This document shows positions 40,580 to 51,395 of a stretch of DNA of 64,000 nucleotides, piece after piece; the stretch's first letter is position 1, and the number at the start of each line of letters is the position of its first letter. The DNA comes from an uncultured Planctomycetaceae bacterium (lineage in GTDB: Bacteria > Planctomycetota > Planctomycetia > Isosphaerales > Isosphaeraceae). The position numbers and the translations under genes were made by a program. The stretch is from assembly GCA_963833985.1 (NCBI GenBank), contig CAWIAD010000002.1:736001-800000 (forward strand), given 5' to 3'. The notes beneath the pieces are model-generated. The model searched no databases. It was not told the DNA's origin and saw only the letters and a program-made list of their open reading frames with translations.

Positions 40580-43500
40580 ATGACGCCTGAGACCTCGGCC
40601 TCGCTCGACCCGCCGGCCGCCGTGGGCAGCGGTCCTCATGACGACCCCCGCGTGGCGGCATTCTGCTCGGAAGCGCATCCGGGACTCTTCCACGCGGTGG
40701 CTTACGGCAGTGACATCTGGCGGGCCGATCCCTTCGACGTGCCCTCGATCCATCGCAGCGTGCGCGAGGCCTTCCGGCAAACCGTCGATCGCGTGTGTGC
40801 CGCGGGCGCGCTGCCGACCGGCCGGATCCTGCTGCTGCTGGGAGACTCTGGAAGTGGTAAGACGCACCTGATGCGCGCCTTCCGCAACCAGGTGCACTCG
40901 TCTCACCGCGGTTATTGCGGTTACATGCAGATGACCGCGCTCACCGACCAGTATGGCCGCTACGTCCTGAATAACCTCGTCGAATCGCTGGACAAGCCCT
41001 ATTTTGAGCACGAGTCGGCGATCTCGGGCCTGATGCGGCTCTCCTCGGCGCTCGCCCGCTCGCTGGCCGCCAGCGAGCCGGCAAGCAGTCTGCTGGAGAA
41101 GCTCAGGGAGGAGGAACTGGACCAGCGAACGCTCGACCACATCGTGGGCGAGCTGGCGGACCGCGTCATCCTCGACGACCGCTTCAACTCGATCAACGTG
41201 TTCCTGGTGCAGGCCCTGCTCTACTTGCAGTACGACGACCCGCGAATCAAGGCCCGGGTCCTCAAGTACCTGCGCTGCGAGGACTTCACGGCTCATGACC
41301 GGCAGCTCCTGGGCGGGCTCATCCCCGCCACGTACCCCGACGCGCCCCACTGGATCATCCAGCGGCTGGGCGAGCTGATCTGGGTGCTCGAGGGCGTGCC
41401 GCTGATTCTCTGCGTCGATCAGCTTGAAGATATGTTCGACATGGAAAACGCGCCGGCACGGTTCCGGCGCTCCCTGGCCACGCTCTGCGACATCGTCAGC
41501 CGGCTGCCCTCCGCCATCGTGGTCATCTCCTGTCTGCAAGACTATTACGTGAAACTCCGAGAATACCTTGCCAGACCCACCCAGGATCGCATCCAGGGAA
41601 ATCGCGGGCCGATTCATCTGAAGGAGTCGCGCGAGCCGGATGAGATCGTCCAGATCATCGCCGAGCGGTTGCAGTTCCTGTTTCGATCGGCGAATGTACC
41701 GTGGGACCCGGCTGATCCCACGTATCCCTTGCCGGCCGACCTGCTGCGGCGGCTCGCCGGACGGAGGACGCGCGACGTGCTCGGCGAGTGCCAGCTCTTT
41801 CGCGACCGCTGCGTCGCCGATGGGAGACTGGTTGCTTACCCTTTTGATAACGAGCCGGACAGGCCGCCGGAACCACCGTTCTCCATCGAGCAGGCATGGA
41901 ACGAGCATCGCGCGACGGTCCCTCCGGTGGTGCCATCGGAAGAATCCGAGCTGGCCGGAATTCTCGGAGGCGCCATCGGCTGCTGCGCGGAAGAGCTTGC
42001 ACCGGGCCTGAAAATCTCGGCCAGGACCGACGGGCGGTACGTGCATGTTGAGATCCATGGTCGGGATGACAGCGTGGAGCGGATGCTGGTGGGCGTCTGC
42101 AACAAGGCCGCGCAGGGGGGCGGGCTGGGCAGACAGGTCGAGGAGCTGAAGACGCGCGCGGGTGAGCTCACGGCGGTCGTCGTCCGATCGACGGCGTACC
42201 CGGCCAGTGCGAGAGCCGTGGTCTCCAGGCTGCTCGAGGAGCTTGTCGCCGGCGGTGGACGCAAGGTGGTCGTGGAAGACTCCGACTGGCGATCCATGCT
42301 CGCGTTCGAGAGCTTTCGCGCCGGCCAGACTGCCACGTCCGCGCTGCATGCCTGGAGACAGCAGGCACGACCGATCACGAGCCTGAAGTCGCTGCGCGAG
42401 ATCCTTGATCTGGACCGCCTGGAGCAGGGGCCGTCGCGTGCTGGCCGGAAGTCCGCTGCCCCCGCCCCGCCGAAAGAACCTGCGGTGAACCGGCCCGCAG
42501 TGAAAGGGCCCGCGGTGAACCCGCCCGCGGTGGATGAGCTGGAGAAGGCCGGGTGCGTCGAGCCCGACGTGAGCGGGCCTGGCGACGTCGCGGTTGTTCT
42601 CAGGCCGCTCAACCCACGGCGGCCAGTCTGGCTCGATGTCGGCAAGACGGCTGATCGTCGAGCCGGCAATGTGGTGCTGGAAGACGCGGAGCTGACGCGG
42701 CACGCGGCATTCATCGGAGCGCCTGGGTCTGGGAAGACGACGCTTGCCCTGAGCCTGGTCGAGCAGCTTCTGGTCGCGGGGATTCCGGCCATCCTGGTGG
42801 ATCGCAAGGGAGACCTGTGCGCCTATGCGCAGACCGGCATGGGTCTGCGCAACGGGCTGGACGGAGGCCTGGCGAAGCGGGCCGACGAGCTGCGGAGCCA
42901 TGTGGAAGTCGCCCTCTATACACCCAGGCGGCCTGATGGCCGGCCCCTGTCCATCACGGCGGTCCCCGCTGGCCTGGGGACGCTTTCCGACCTGGAACGC
43001 CGCCAGGCGGCGCGCTTCGCGGCCTCCGCGCTGGCTGGAATGATGAACTACGGCAGCAGCAAGCGCGACCAGTCGTTGCTGGCGATCCTCGGCCGGGCGA
43101 TCGACCTGCTGAGCCAGGAGCAGCCCCAGGTCCCGCTCCCCATGGAATCGCTGCTCAGCTTCATCGGCGAACGCGACCCCGGCCTGATCAACGAGATCGG
43201 CCGGCTTGACGTCCGGCTCTTTGACAAGCTGGTCCAGGACCTGGAGACCTTGCGGCTGAACCATGGAGACCTGCTGGCGGCGGAGGGCGAGCCGCTGGAG
43301 ATCGAAGCCCTGCTCGGTCTGGGACCGTACGCGAAACCCGGCAAGACGCGGCTGAGCATCATCAGCACCAAGTTCCTGGGCAGCAACCAGGACGTCCTGT
43401 TCTGGATCGCCCAGTTTGCGATGGAAGTTGGGCGCTGGATCAGCCGGGCACCCGCCCCGGACGGCACCCTTCAGGCCGTGCTCCTGTTCGATGAGGCCGA

Positions 43501-43879
43501 TCTCTACCTTCCCGCGGTGCGTCAGCCCGCCAGCAAGGAACCGATGGAGCACCTGGTGCGCAGGGCTCGATCCGCAGGGCTGGGCCTGCTGCTGGCCACC
43601 CAGAACCCTGGCGATTTCGACTATCGCTGCCGCGATAACATCCGTACCTGGTTCGTCGGGCAGGTCAAGGAGGAGAACTCGATCACCAAGATGAAGCCGA
43701 TGCTCAGCGAGTGCCGGGTTGACGTCGCGGGCCTGCTGCCGGGGCAAACCACCGGCGAGTTCCACCTCATCCGCGATGGCAGCGCCATCGGTTTGTCCGC
43801 GAACCCGTCCGCCGTCGATGCGCGCCAGCTCTCCGAGCAGGAAATCCTCGACCTGGCACGACGAACCTCCCAGCTCTGA
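40580..43879 (+). CDS. Double P-loop ATPase: N-terminal AAA/STAND-like domain and C-terminal HerA/FtsK-like (DUF87/DUF853-like) domain
   Basis: GDSGSGKT plus LCVDQLE; GAPGSGKT, ILVDRKGD, LLFDEAD, RRARSAG, LATQNPGD. Confidence 0.88.
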   Translation: MTPETSASLDPPAAVGSGPHDDPRVAAFCSEAHPGLFHAVAYGSDIWRADPFDVPSIHRSVREAFRQTVDRVCAAGALPTGRILLLLGDSGSGKTHLMRAFRNQVHSSHRGYCGYMQMTALTDQYGRYVLNNLVESLDKPYFEHESAISGLMRLSSALARSLAASEPASSLLEKLREEELDQRTLDHIVGELADRVILDDRFNSINVFLVQALLYLQYDDPRIKARVLKYLRCEDFTAHDRQLLGGLIPATYPDAPHWIIQRLGELIWVLEGVPLILCVDQLEDMFDMENAPARFRRSLATLCDIVSRLPSAIVVISCLQDYYVKLREYLARPTQDRIQGNRGPIHLKESREPDEIVQIIAERLQFLFRSANVPWDPADPTYPLPADLLRRLAGRRTRDVLGECQLFRDRCVADGRLVAYPFDNEPDRPPEPPFSIEQAWNEHRATVPPVVPSEESELAGILGGAIGCCAEELAPGLKISARTDGRYVHVEIHGRDDSVERMLVGVCNKAAQGGGLGRQVEELKTRAGELTAVVVRSTAYPASARAVVSRLLEELVAGGGRKVVVEDSDWRSMLAFESFRAGQTATSALHAWRQQARPITSLKSLREILDLDRLEQGPSRAGRKSAAPAPPKEPAVNRPAVKGPAVNPPAVDELEKAGCVEPDVSGPGDVAVVLRPLNPRRPVWLDVGKTADRRAGNVVLEDAELTRHAAFIGAPGSGKTTLALSLVEQLLVAGIPAILVDRKGDLCAYAQTGMGLRNGLDGGLAKRADELRSHVEVALYTPRRPDGRPLSITAVPAGLGTLSDLERRQAARFAASALAGMMNYGSSKRDQSLLAILGRAIDLLSQEQPQVPLPMESLLSFIGERDPGLINEIGRLDVRLFDKLVQDLETLRLNHGDLLAAEGEPLEIEALLGLGPYAKPGKTRLSIISTKFLGSNQDVLFWIAQFAMEVGRWISRAPAPDGTLQAVLLFDEADLYLPAVRQPASKEPMEHLVRRARSAGLGLLLATQNPGDFDYRCRDNIRTWFVGQVKEENSITKMKPMLSECRVDVAGLLPGQTTGEFHLIRDGSAIGLSANPSAVDARQLSEQEILDLARRTSQL
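42479..42538 (+). repeat. Four imperfect 15-bp in-frame repeats (PAVxx linker)
   Basis: PAVNR-PAVKG-PAVNP-PAVDE in the linker between the two ATPase modules. Confidence 0.8.
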
Positions 43880-43957
43880 GACCCTTCATCGCCACAACAA
43901 ACCGCCTGGCGGATCGACCTGCTCGCGTCGCGAACAGGTCTGTATCCGAGAGCCCGC

Positions 43958-44992
43958 TCACTTGGCGAACTCCGCGTGCGGATGCGTCGTGTAGAAGTGC
44001 AGGCCGTGCCTGGGGTCAAGGAAGCGGTACAAGGGGACTGCGCCGGGCGTTGCGTCCGACTGGATGAAGAAAGCGATGCCGGTGGTGTGGAAACCCTTGC
44101 GCCCCACTCCTTCGCCATCGTCCGCGGTTGTATAGATATGATCCTTCCGTCCGTGCCAGGCGTGAACGGCCACAGCGCCGGGCACGGCGCGATCAAAGAC
44201 GTGGCAAACGACCCCTTCGGAGATCAGGCCTGCCCCGCCGGGGCCGGCCGGGCTCGTGGTGTACTGGTGCGCCCCGGTGCGGCGGTCAAACCAGCGGTAG
44301 AGCGGCACCGTCCCTGGCTGGGGAGCGGCGAAGACGTAGCCGGCGACGCCCTCGAGCTGGAACCGCGTCAGGTCGAAATGGAGAACCACCTGCTGCGCCG
44401 TGTAGTCGATGCCGCAGAACGCCCCGTACTGCTTGAAGACGGCCGAGCGCTTGAGCACCTCGGCATTGAGCCTCTGCGAGAGCAACGAGGTGCGGCCGGC
44501 GGCGATCTGGGTGACCAGATCGTCGAAGAACGAGCCCAGCAGCTTCGCCAGCAGGCCGGCCATACCCTCCAGCTCCGCTTTCTTGACGGCTTCCACGTCC
44601 ACCCGGAAGCGGGGCGTCGCGTCAGGGCCGGCCTCGATGTTGACCGCGGTGCGGATCTCGAAGCGGAACCTGCGCAGGCCCGGCGTATGGTTGCTGGAGC
44701 GGCTCACGAGCTCGGAGACGGCTGCGCCCACGGGCGGCCGGAATTCTCCCTCCACCTGACAGGCGGTCAGGAAGCGTCTGCGCCCCGCGTCGATGGCCAG
44801 CAAGCGGTAGGAGTGGACCGTGCCGCGATACTGTCCCTGCTTCTCGAACGGGCTGGGAGGAAGCTGCTCCACGACGCCCGCGAGGAAGTCTCTGTCAAGC
44901 CGCACCTCGGTGGCGGCCCGGGCGCGGTGGGCCGGGAGCAGGACTGTCCACAGGCAGACCGCCAGGGTCAGGTGCAGTGCGCAGCGCTTCAT
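43958..44992 (-). CDS. Secreted protein with C-terminal PLYR...HxYTT repeats (DUF5648-like)
   Basis: Signal-like N-terminus; TVPLYRWF..HQYTT, HIYTT, AVPLYRFL..HFYTT. Confidence 0.75.
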   Translation of the reverse strand: MKRCALHLTLAVCLWTVLLPAHRARAATEVRLDRDFLAGVVEQLPPSPFEKQGQYRGTVHSYRLLAIDAGRRRFLTACQVEGEFRPPVGAAVSELVSRSSNHTPGLRRFRFEIRTAVNIEAGPDATPRFRVDVEAVKKAELEGMAGLLAKLLGSFFDDLVTQIAAGRTSLLSQRLNAEVLKRSAVFKQYGAFCGIDYTAQQVVLHFDLTRFQLEGVAGYVFAAPQPGTVPLYRWFDRRTGAHQYTTSPAGPGGAGLISEGVVCHVFDRAVPGAVAVHAWHGRKDHIYTTADDGEGVGRKGFHTTGIAFFIQSDATPGAVPLYRFLDPRHGLHFYTTHPHAEFAK

Positions 44993-45016
44993 GGGCTTTC
45001 CTTGCCAGGGACGGGC

Positions 45017-46816
45017 TCACGGTGAAGCCACGACGAATGGCCAGATCATCGGAATGAGGATCACGGCGGCCGTGAACATGAGCAGATTCAGCGGGACTCC
45101 GACGCGAACGAAGTCAGCGAAGCGGTAGCCGCCGGGGCCGAAGACCATCATGTGCGTCTGGTAGCCGATCGGAGAGGCGAAGGCGTAGGAGGCGGCCAGG
45201 GTCACGGCCATGATGAACGGGCGCTCGTTGACGCCTAATAGCCGCGCCGATTCCAGGCAGAACGGAAACGCCAGTACGGCGGCCGCGTTGTTGCTGATCA
45301 GCTCGTTGAGCACCATGGTGCCGAAGTAGATGGCGGCCATGGTGGCCGTCGGGCCCAGCGGCCGGGTGAGGTGCACGAGCTGCTCGGCGAACAGTCTGGC
45401 CACTCCCGATTGCTCGAGCGCCTTGCCCATGCCGAACGAGGCACCAATGGCCAGGAGCACGGACCAGTCGACAGACTTGCGGGCGTCCGACGTGGAGATA
45501 CAGCGACAGGCGACCATGGCTCCGGCCGCGAGGAAGGCCGCCACCATGATGTCCACCTTGCCGCTCACGAACGCCGTGATCATGGCCAGGAATATGATTG
45601 CGGCGGGCCAGGCGCGGTCGTAACGCACCGGCCGTGAGTCCTCGACGTCGCTGATCAGGTAGAAGTCCGGGTTGTTGCGGTAGACGCGCCTGAAGTCGTG
45701 GCCCACCTGCAAGAGCAGCGTGTCCCCCGCGTGCAGCTCGATATCGCCCACCTTGTTGGTCAGTCGTGCTCCGTTGCGGTGCACGGCCACGACGGCCGCG
45801 TCGTACATGGCGCGGAAGTCCGCCTCGCGCACCGTCTTGCCCAGCAGGGGGGACGACGGGCTGATGACCGCCTCGCAGAGTGTCCGCCCGCGCTGTTTCA
45901 CGGGCGAGACCTCGTACCGCTCATCAGCGGCGGGAACCAGGCCGGGAATCTTCTCCAGGTCGATGATGGTGCCGACGACGCCCGTGAAGACCAGCCGGTC
46001 GTTGGCGCGAATGGTCTCCTCCGGCCCCACCGGGCCGATGACCTCGCCTTCACGGCTGATCTCGATCAGGAACAGCCCGGGGAGATGCCGCAGCCCGGCC
46101 TGGCCGACCGTCTTGCCCACCAGCCGGCAGCCCGGCGTGACCTGCATCTCCACCAGGTACTCGCGCCGCGATTCCTCAAGCTGCTCGATCAGGTCCTTGC
46201 GGTCGGGGAGGAGCCGGCGGCCCAGTGTCAGCATGTAGGCCGCTCCCAGCAGTGCGCAGGGGAACCCGACATAGCCGATCTCAAACATGCTCATCGGCCT
46301 GAGCTTTGATTTGATGAGCAGCCCCTGGACCACCAGGTTGGTGCTCGTGCCAACCAGGGAGCAGGTGCCCCCCAGGATGGAGAGGAACGAGAGCGGCATG
46401 AGCAGCCGGGAGGGAGAGATCCGCCGCTTGCGGCACCACGAGATCAGCACCGGCACCAGAAGGGCCACCTTGGGCGTGTTGTTCAGCACCATCGCGGAGG
46501 GGATGAGCACCGCCGCCATGGAGAACAGCGCCTTGCCTTCGGTCTCCACGTGGCCCAGGAACCGCTCCCCCACAAACTCCATGACACCGGTCTCGCGGAG
46601 GGCGGCCGCGACCACGAAGAGAGCGGCGACGGTGAGCATGCCCGAGTTGGCAAAGCCCCCGAACGCCTCTTCCGGGCCGATGACCCCCAGCGCCGCCAGC
46701 AGCACCACGGCTCCCACGAACAGCGCATCGGTGGGCAGGTCGCGCACCAGTCCATAAAGCAGCGCGGCGAGTACCGCCAGCGTCGCACACATATCGAACG
46801 TCAGTCCTGATCCCAT
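45017..46816 (-). CDS. SLC13-family permease with TrkA-C domains
   Basis: LNNTP, LGGTCSLVGTSTNL, two SxLxGKT.. TrkA-C repeats, ISNNAA, SPIGYQT...GPGGYRFADF; GGAGG RBS. Confidence 0.93.
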   Translation of the reverse strand: MGSGLTFDMCATLAVLAALLYGLVRDLPTDALFVGAVVLLAALGVIGPEEAFGGFANSGMLTVAALFVVAAALRETGVMEFVGERFLGHVETEGKALFSMAAVLIPSAMVLNNTPKVALLVPVLISWCRKRRISPSRLLMPLSFLSILGGTCSLVGTSTNLVVQGLLIKSKLRPMSMFEIGYVGFPCALLGAAYMLTLGRRLLPDRKDLIEQLEESRREYLVEMQVTPGCRLVGKTVGQAGLRHLPGLFLIEISREGEVIGPVGPEETIRANDRLVFTGVVGTIIDLEKIPGLVPAADERYEVSPVKQRGRTLCEAVISPSSPLLGKTVREADFRAMYDAAVVAVHRNGARLTNKVGDIELHAGDTLLLQVGHDFRRVYRNNPDFYLISDVEDSRPVRYDRAWPAAIIFLAMITAFVSGKVDIMVAAFLAAGAMVACRCISTSDARKSVDWSVLLAIGASFGMGKALEQSGVARLFAEQLVHLTRPLGPTATMAAIYFGTMVLNELISNNAAAVLAFPFCLESARLLGVNERPFIMAVTLAASYAFASPIGYQTHMMVFGPGGYRFADFVRVGVPLNLLMFTAAVILIPMIWPFVVASP

Positions 46817-46995
46817 CAACCTCCATCTCCCCGGCAATGGTCGACCGCGAGCTCGGCATGAGGGCCACGAAGCGCTTCACCGGGCCGGCTCGGCCCTGGA
46901 GCGTGGGGCTTAATGTAACAAAAATGCCACAGAACGGAACCGTCGGCGGCTTTGCGGTCCGCATGGCTCGGGAAAGGCGTCGCCGGGTGAGCGGC

Positions 46996-49740
46996 TTACA
47001 GCTCGGTGGTGGCCCGGATCAATGATTCCTTGAGGTTATGCGTGAGCTTGAAGCCCAGCTTCTCGCAGATCCGCTGCATCTCGATGTTCTCCGGCAGGAT
47101 GTCGCCAAAGATGTGGTTGATGTTCTCGTCGCGGCCCACCTGGAGCAGGCGGCTGAGCAACTCCGTGCCGAGGCCCAGCCGCTGATAGCGGTCGCTCACG
47201 ACCAGCGCGAACTCGGCCTCGTCGGTGCCGCGAACCTTGGTCAGGCGGCCGACCCCGCGGATCTCGTGCTCGCCGGTCTCGGGATTCTTGCGGTCGGCCA
47301 CCAGCGCCATCTCGCGGTCGTAGTCGATGAAGCAGATGCGAGTGAGGCGCTCGTGCGCGACGCGGGCCGTGAGCTTCATGGCGTGGAAGTAGCGATAGGA
47401 GACGCTGCGCTCGGAGAGCGTGCCATGGAACTTGACCAGGAGCGGCTCGTCCTCGGGGCGGATGGGCCTGAGGACCACCTCCGTCCCATCCTCGTCGGTC
47501 CAGGGAGAGATGTACTGGGTGGGGTAGGGGCGAATCGCCGGCCTGGTCAGGTCGGCCGCGCGGGTCTCCAGTTCATGCACGATCACGCGGGCGTCGAGGA
47601 CCAGCAGCCGCTCGGGCGAGGCGAGCAAGGGGTTGATGTCCACTTCCTTGATCCACTTCTGCTCGATCACCAGGTGGCTGAAGCGGACCATGAGCTGCTC
47701 GAGCGCCGCGATGTCGACGGCCTTGCGGCCGCGCACGCCGCGCAGCGCGGTGTAGATCCGGGTTTGCTCCATCATCCGCCGGGCCAGGGTGGTGTTCAGC
47801 GGAGGCAAGGCCAGAGCGCGGTCCTTGAAGACCTCGACGAGCTGACCGCCGGTTCCGAAGAGCAGGACGGGCCCGAACTGGGCGTCGAGACTGCTGCCGA
47901 TGATCAGCTCGTAGCCGTCGAGCTTGATCATGGGCTGGACGCTGACCCCCTGGAAGTGCGTGGCGCCGGCCCGCTCGCCGACGGTCGTCTGGATGGTGCG
48001 GAACGCGCTGCGCACCGCGTCGGCGTCCCTCAGGTTGAGCTGCACGCCGCCAACGTCGGTCTTGTGCGTGATCGTCTGGGAGTGCAGCTTCAGCACGATG
48101 GGGTAGCCCAGGTCTTCGGCTGCGGCAACCGCAGCGTCGGCCGTCTCGGCGACCAGTGTCTTGACAGTCGGGATCCCGTAGGCAGCCAGGAGCTGCTTGG
48201 ATTCGGACTCGGTGAGCACCGTCCGCCCCTGGCGGCGAACCGCGGTGATGATGCTCTCCGCCCGCTCCCTGCCGGCGTTGGCACTCTCGCTGTCGAACGG
48301 CAGATTGGGCGTCTCGTAGAGCCCCTGAAGGTTGTAGCTAGAACGCCACATGAGCGTGAAGACATGGGCCGCCATATCGGGATAATCATAGGTGGGGATA
48401 CCCGCCCGGCTGAGGATCTGCTCGCCTTGCTCGACGGCCTCGCCTCCCATCCAGCTCGCGAGCACGGGCTTACCGCTGATCTTGGCATGCTGCCGCAGGT
48501 GCTCGGCAGTGGCCGTGGGGTCGGTCATGGCCTGAGGGGTGAGGATCGCCAGCAGCCCGTCGATGTTGGGGTCTTTGGCCGTGATCTCCAGCGATTGAGC
48601 ATAGCGCTGGGGGTCGGCGTCGCCCAGGATGTCAATCGGGTTGCTGTGGCTCCAGGCGGGTGGTAAGAGGGCGTTCAGCGCCGCCATCGTCTCCGCCGTG
48701 AGCGGGGCCAGCTCGCCATGGTTGTCAATCAGCGCGTCGGTTGCCAGCACCCCGGGCCCGCCGGCGTTGGTCAGGATGGCGAGCCGCGGCCCCTTGGGCC
48801 GGGGCTGCTTGGAGAGCACCTCGGCCATGTTGAAGACCTCGGAAATGGAATTCACCCGGAGCACGCCAACCCGGCGGAACGCGGCATCCAGCACCTCGTC
48901 GCTGCCAGTGAGCGACCCGGTATGCGAGGCCGCCGCCTTCGCCGCCGCCTCGGTGTGCCCCGCCTTGATGACGATGATCGGCTTGGTGAGCGCGACCTCG
49001 CGTGAGGCCGACAGAAACGACCGGGCATCGCCGATCGATTCCATGTAGATGACGATGCACTTCGTGTACGGGTCGTCCCCCAGGTAGTCGATCAGATCGC
49101 CCCAGCCGACATCCAGCATCGAGCCGACCGAGATGAACGCGCTGAAACCCACATGCTCACGGAAGCTCCAGTCGAGGATGGCCGTGCAGAGGGCGCCGCT
49201 CTGGCTGATGAAGCCGACCGAACCGGGCCGGGCGATCTGTGCCGCAAACGTGGCGTTCATGCCACTGTACGGCCGCATCACGCCCACGCAGTTCGGGCCG
49301 ATGATCCGCATGCCGCCCCGCCGCGCCTCCTTCAGCAGCTCCTGCTCCAGCCTGGCCCCTTCCGCACCAATCTCCTTGAAGCCGGCCGAGATCACGATGG
49401 CGCCCGGCACACCGGCATCCGCGCATTCGCCGATCACGCCGGGTACGGAGCTGGCCGGCGTGACCACCACCGCCAGGTCCACCGGATCGGGAACCGACTT
49501 GACGTTCTTGTATGCCTTGATGCCCAGCACGTTCGGCCGGTTGGAGTTGATCGGATAGACCGTGCCGCCGAACGGGTTGCTGATCAGGTTCCAGAGCACG
49601 GCCCGGCCCACGCTTCCCTGTTTGTCCGTTGCGCCGATGACCGCGACCGTGCGAGGCGCAAAAATTGCTTCCAGGGGGGGCCGGTTCTCCGGCTCGCCTC
49701 CCGGAAGGAACGACATGGCGGATAGCGTCGAAGGAGTCAT
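46996..49740 (-). CDS. Acetate-CoA ligase (ADP-forming) family / GNAT acetyltransferase fusion
   Basis: [55 protein letters not shown]-terminal RPIRPEDE...AEFALVV.D.YQRLGLG. Confidence 0.95.
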   Translation of the reverse strand: MTPSTLSAMSFLPGGEPENRPPLEAIFAPRTVAVIGATDKQGSVGRAVLWNLISNPFGGTVYPINSNRPNVLGIKAYKNVKSVPDPVDLAVVVTPASSVPGVIGECADAGVPGAIVISAGFKEIGAEGARLEQELLKEARRGGMRIIGPNCVGVMRPYSGMNATFAAQIARPGSVGFISQSGALCTAILDWSFREHVGFSAFISVGSMLDVGWGDLIDYLGDDPYTKCIVIYMESIGDARSFLSASREVALTKPIIVIKAGHTEAAAKAAASHTGSLTGSDEVLDAAFRRVGVLRVNSISEVFNMAEVLSKQPRPKGPRLAILTNAGGPGVLATDALIDNHGELAPLTAETMAALNALLPPAWSHSNPIDILGDADPQRYAQSLEITAKDPNIDGLLAILTPQAMTDPTATAEHLRQHAKISGKPVLASWMGGEAVEQGEQILSRAGIPTYDYPDMAAHVFTLMWRSSYNLQGLYETPNLPFDSESANAGRERAESIITAVRRQGRTVLTESESKQLLAAYGIPTVKTLVAETADAAVAAAEDLGYPIVLKLHSQTITHKTDVGGVQLNLRDADAVRSAFRTIQTTVGERAGATHFQGVSVQPMIKLDGYELIIGSSLDAQFGPVLLFGTGGQLVEVFKDRALALPPLNTTLARRMMEQTRIYTALRGVRGRKAVDIAALEQLMVRFSHLVIEQKWIKEVDINPLLASPERLLVLDARVIVHELETRAADLTRPAIRPYPTQYISPWTDEDGTEVVLRPIRPEDEPLLVKFHGTLSERSVSYRYFHAMKLTARVAHERLTRICFIDYDREMALVADRKNPETGEHEIRGVGRLTKVRGTDEAEFALVVSDRYQRLGLGTELLSRLLQVGRDENINHIFGDILPENIEMQRICEKLGFKLTHNLKESLIRATTEL

Positions 49741-50252
49741 GAATCGTGCCCTTCTGTTTTCCGGCCCCTGAACGAGGAATCATCCCCTGCGACAACACCG
49801 GTCAAGTCAGACGTCGACTGGTTGGGAGTTGCAGGTAAGCCAGTCAGAGAGGAACGACTGCCAGAAACCGCGACGGCCCGGGCTTGCGTGACGGCATCGT
49901 GGAACGGCAGGCCAGGCTTCTTGATTTTCTCCAGTGATGCACTCGCTGTCCATGAGACTTCACCCGAGCAGGGTCTTGTTCACCGTTTCGGCATCCGTGC
50001 AGCGGCTCATCTTTTTGAACCGGCCGAAACAATCAGACTCATGTTCGTTCTGCACCAGCGTGGTGTGCGGACGGGCCGCCAGTCGTCGCGCGGGTCCCCC
50101 TATTAAAGAATAGTATGCCGCAGCGTACGAGAATGACATGAGCTAAACTGTTTTCTCCGGACGCGCGCCGGAGGGCGCTGCAACCCGTTCGGCCCACGCC
50201 GGCGTGGTGCCAGGGTTCTATCTCTTCCCGAAGCAGCACGGAAGCTTTGTGC

Positions 50253-51287
50253 TCAATAGCCGTCGCCGCTCACGAGGTCGCCGCCGGCCACCGTACCCAG
50301 ACCTCGCCAGAGCTGCCCGTTGATCGTGGTGCGGACGAACCGCGCCGAGCCGTCCGCCAGCAGCGCGTTGACGCCGCCGGGATGATAGCTGCGTGCAGTG
50401 ACAGCCGCGAACGTGGGACCGCCGTTTTCCTCGTTACGACCGTTCAGGTCGAGGTCCATCCCCTTGTAAGCCTGCCGGCCCAGGATCACCTTGTTCGGCG
50501 GCCAGGCCGTGGTGAAGCCGGCCGCATGAACGTTGCCGTCGGACCATTCGGTATGGAACTCATACTGGTTCTCGGTGACGCAGGTGCCGTTGTCGTACTC
50601 CGGGGCGACGACGTAAGGGTTTGCATCCGGGTCGGGCACCTGGTACGGATTGTTCACCGAGGGAAGCGCGGTGAAGCGGCAGTTCGAGGCGGGCTGGCGC
50701 GCCTTCACCTCGGAGACCAGCAAGGTCTGGCTCAGCCCGTCCTGGAACTCGGCCAGGTCGCGGCTGCGGTTGGCACCAAAAGCTGACCGGTTCAGCGGAC
50801 CGTTGAACCCGCCCCACACGAACCAGTCGCCCTGGCTGACGCCATAGTTGATCTCGCCTGCCAGGCCATAATCGTGCAGGAACGACTGAGGCTCGAGCTC
50901 GCTGGGGCAGAGGAACGTGCTGACGGAGAGCGCGATGGCCGTCGCGTTCGCGGGGTCCTCCTTGAAGACCGACACGTTCGCCGCGGCATAAAGGGAGCTC
51001 CCCTCCAGGTACGGCAGGATACGTGCCTGCGCGCTCCAGCCGGTGTTGTAAACCGTCGTATTGCCAGCGCCGGAGAGTGCCATTGACATCGGCAAGGCCC
51101 CGGACGCTGAAACGTAGTGGTGCATCGCCAGGCCAATCTGTTTGAGATTGTTGATGCACTGGAGCCGCCGGGCCGCCTCACGGGCCGCCTGGACAGCCGG
51201 CAAGAGAAGCGCCAGCAGAAGCGCGATGATGGCGATGACCACGAGCAGCTCGATGAGCGTGAATCCGCGGCAGCGTGACCTGGACAT
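50253..51287 (-). CDS. DUF1559 prepilin-type protein with H-X9-DG C-terminal motif
   Basis: [67 protein letters not shown]. Confidence 0.96.
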   Translation of the reverse strand: MSRSRCRGFTLIELLVVIAIIALLLALLLPAVQAAREAARRLQCINNLKQIGLAMHHYVSASGALPMSMALSGAGNTTVYNTGWSAQARILPYLEGSSLYAAANVSVFKEDPANATAIALSVSTFLCPSELEPQSFLHDYGLAGEINYGVSQGDWFVWGGFNGPLNRSAFGANRSRDLAEFQDGLSQTLLVSEVKARQPASNCRFTALPSVNNPYQVPDPDANPYVVAPEYDNGTCVTENQYEFHTEWSDGNVHAAGFTTAWPPNKVILGRQAYKGMDLDLNGRNEENGGPTFAAVTARSYHPGGVNALLADGSARFVRTTINGQLWRGLGTVAGGDLVSGDGY

Positions 51288-51395
51288 GAGAGCCTCACCC
51301 GACCATGACCTGACTCGGACGATTGTCATAAGTCGATCATGCCGCGACCTGGCTCGGGATGCAAGGACACCTGCCGCCAATTTGCTGCACCCCGG

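Noticed and set aside
39218..43765. 1515-aa minus-strand ORF
   Set aside because: Antisense shadow of three motif-bearing plus-strand genes; typical of high-GC DNA, no recognisable domains.
49741..50252. Riboswitch, ncRNA or sigma-54 promoter in the long intergenic region
   Set aside because: Only short stems and a weak TGGCAC-N5-CGGC match; no recognisable family consensus.
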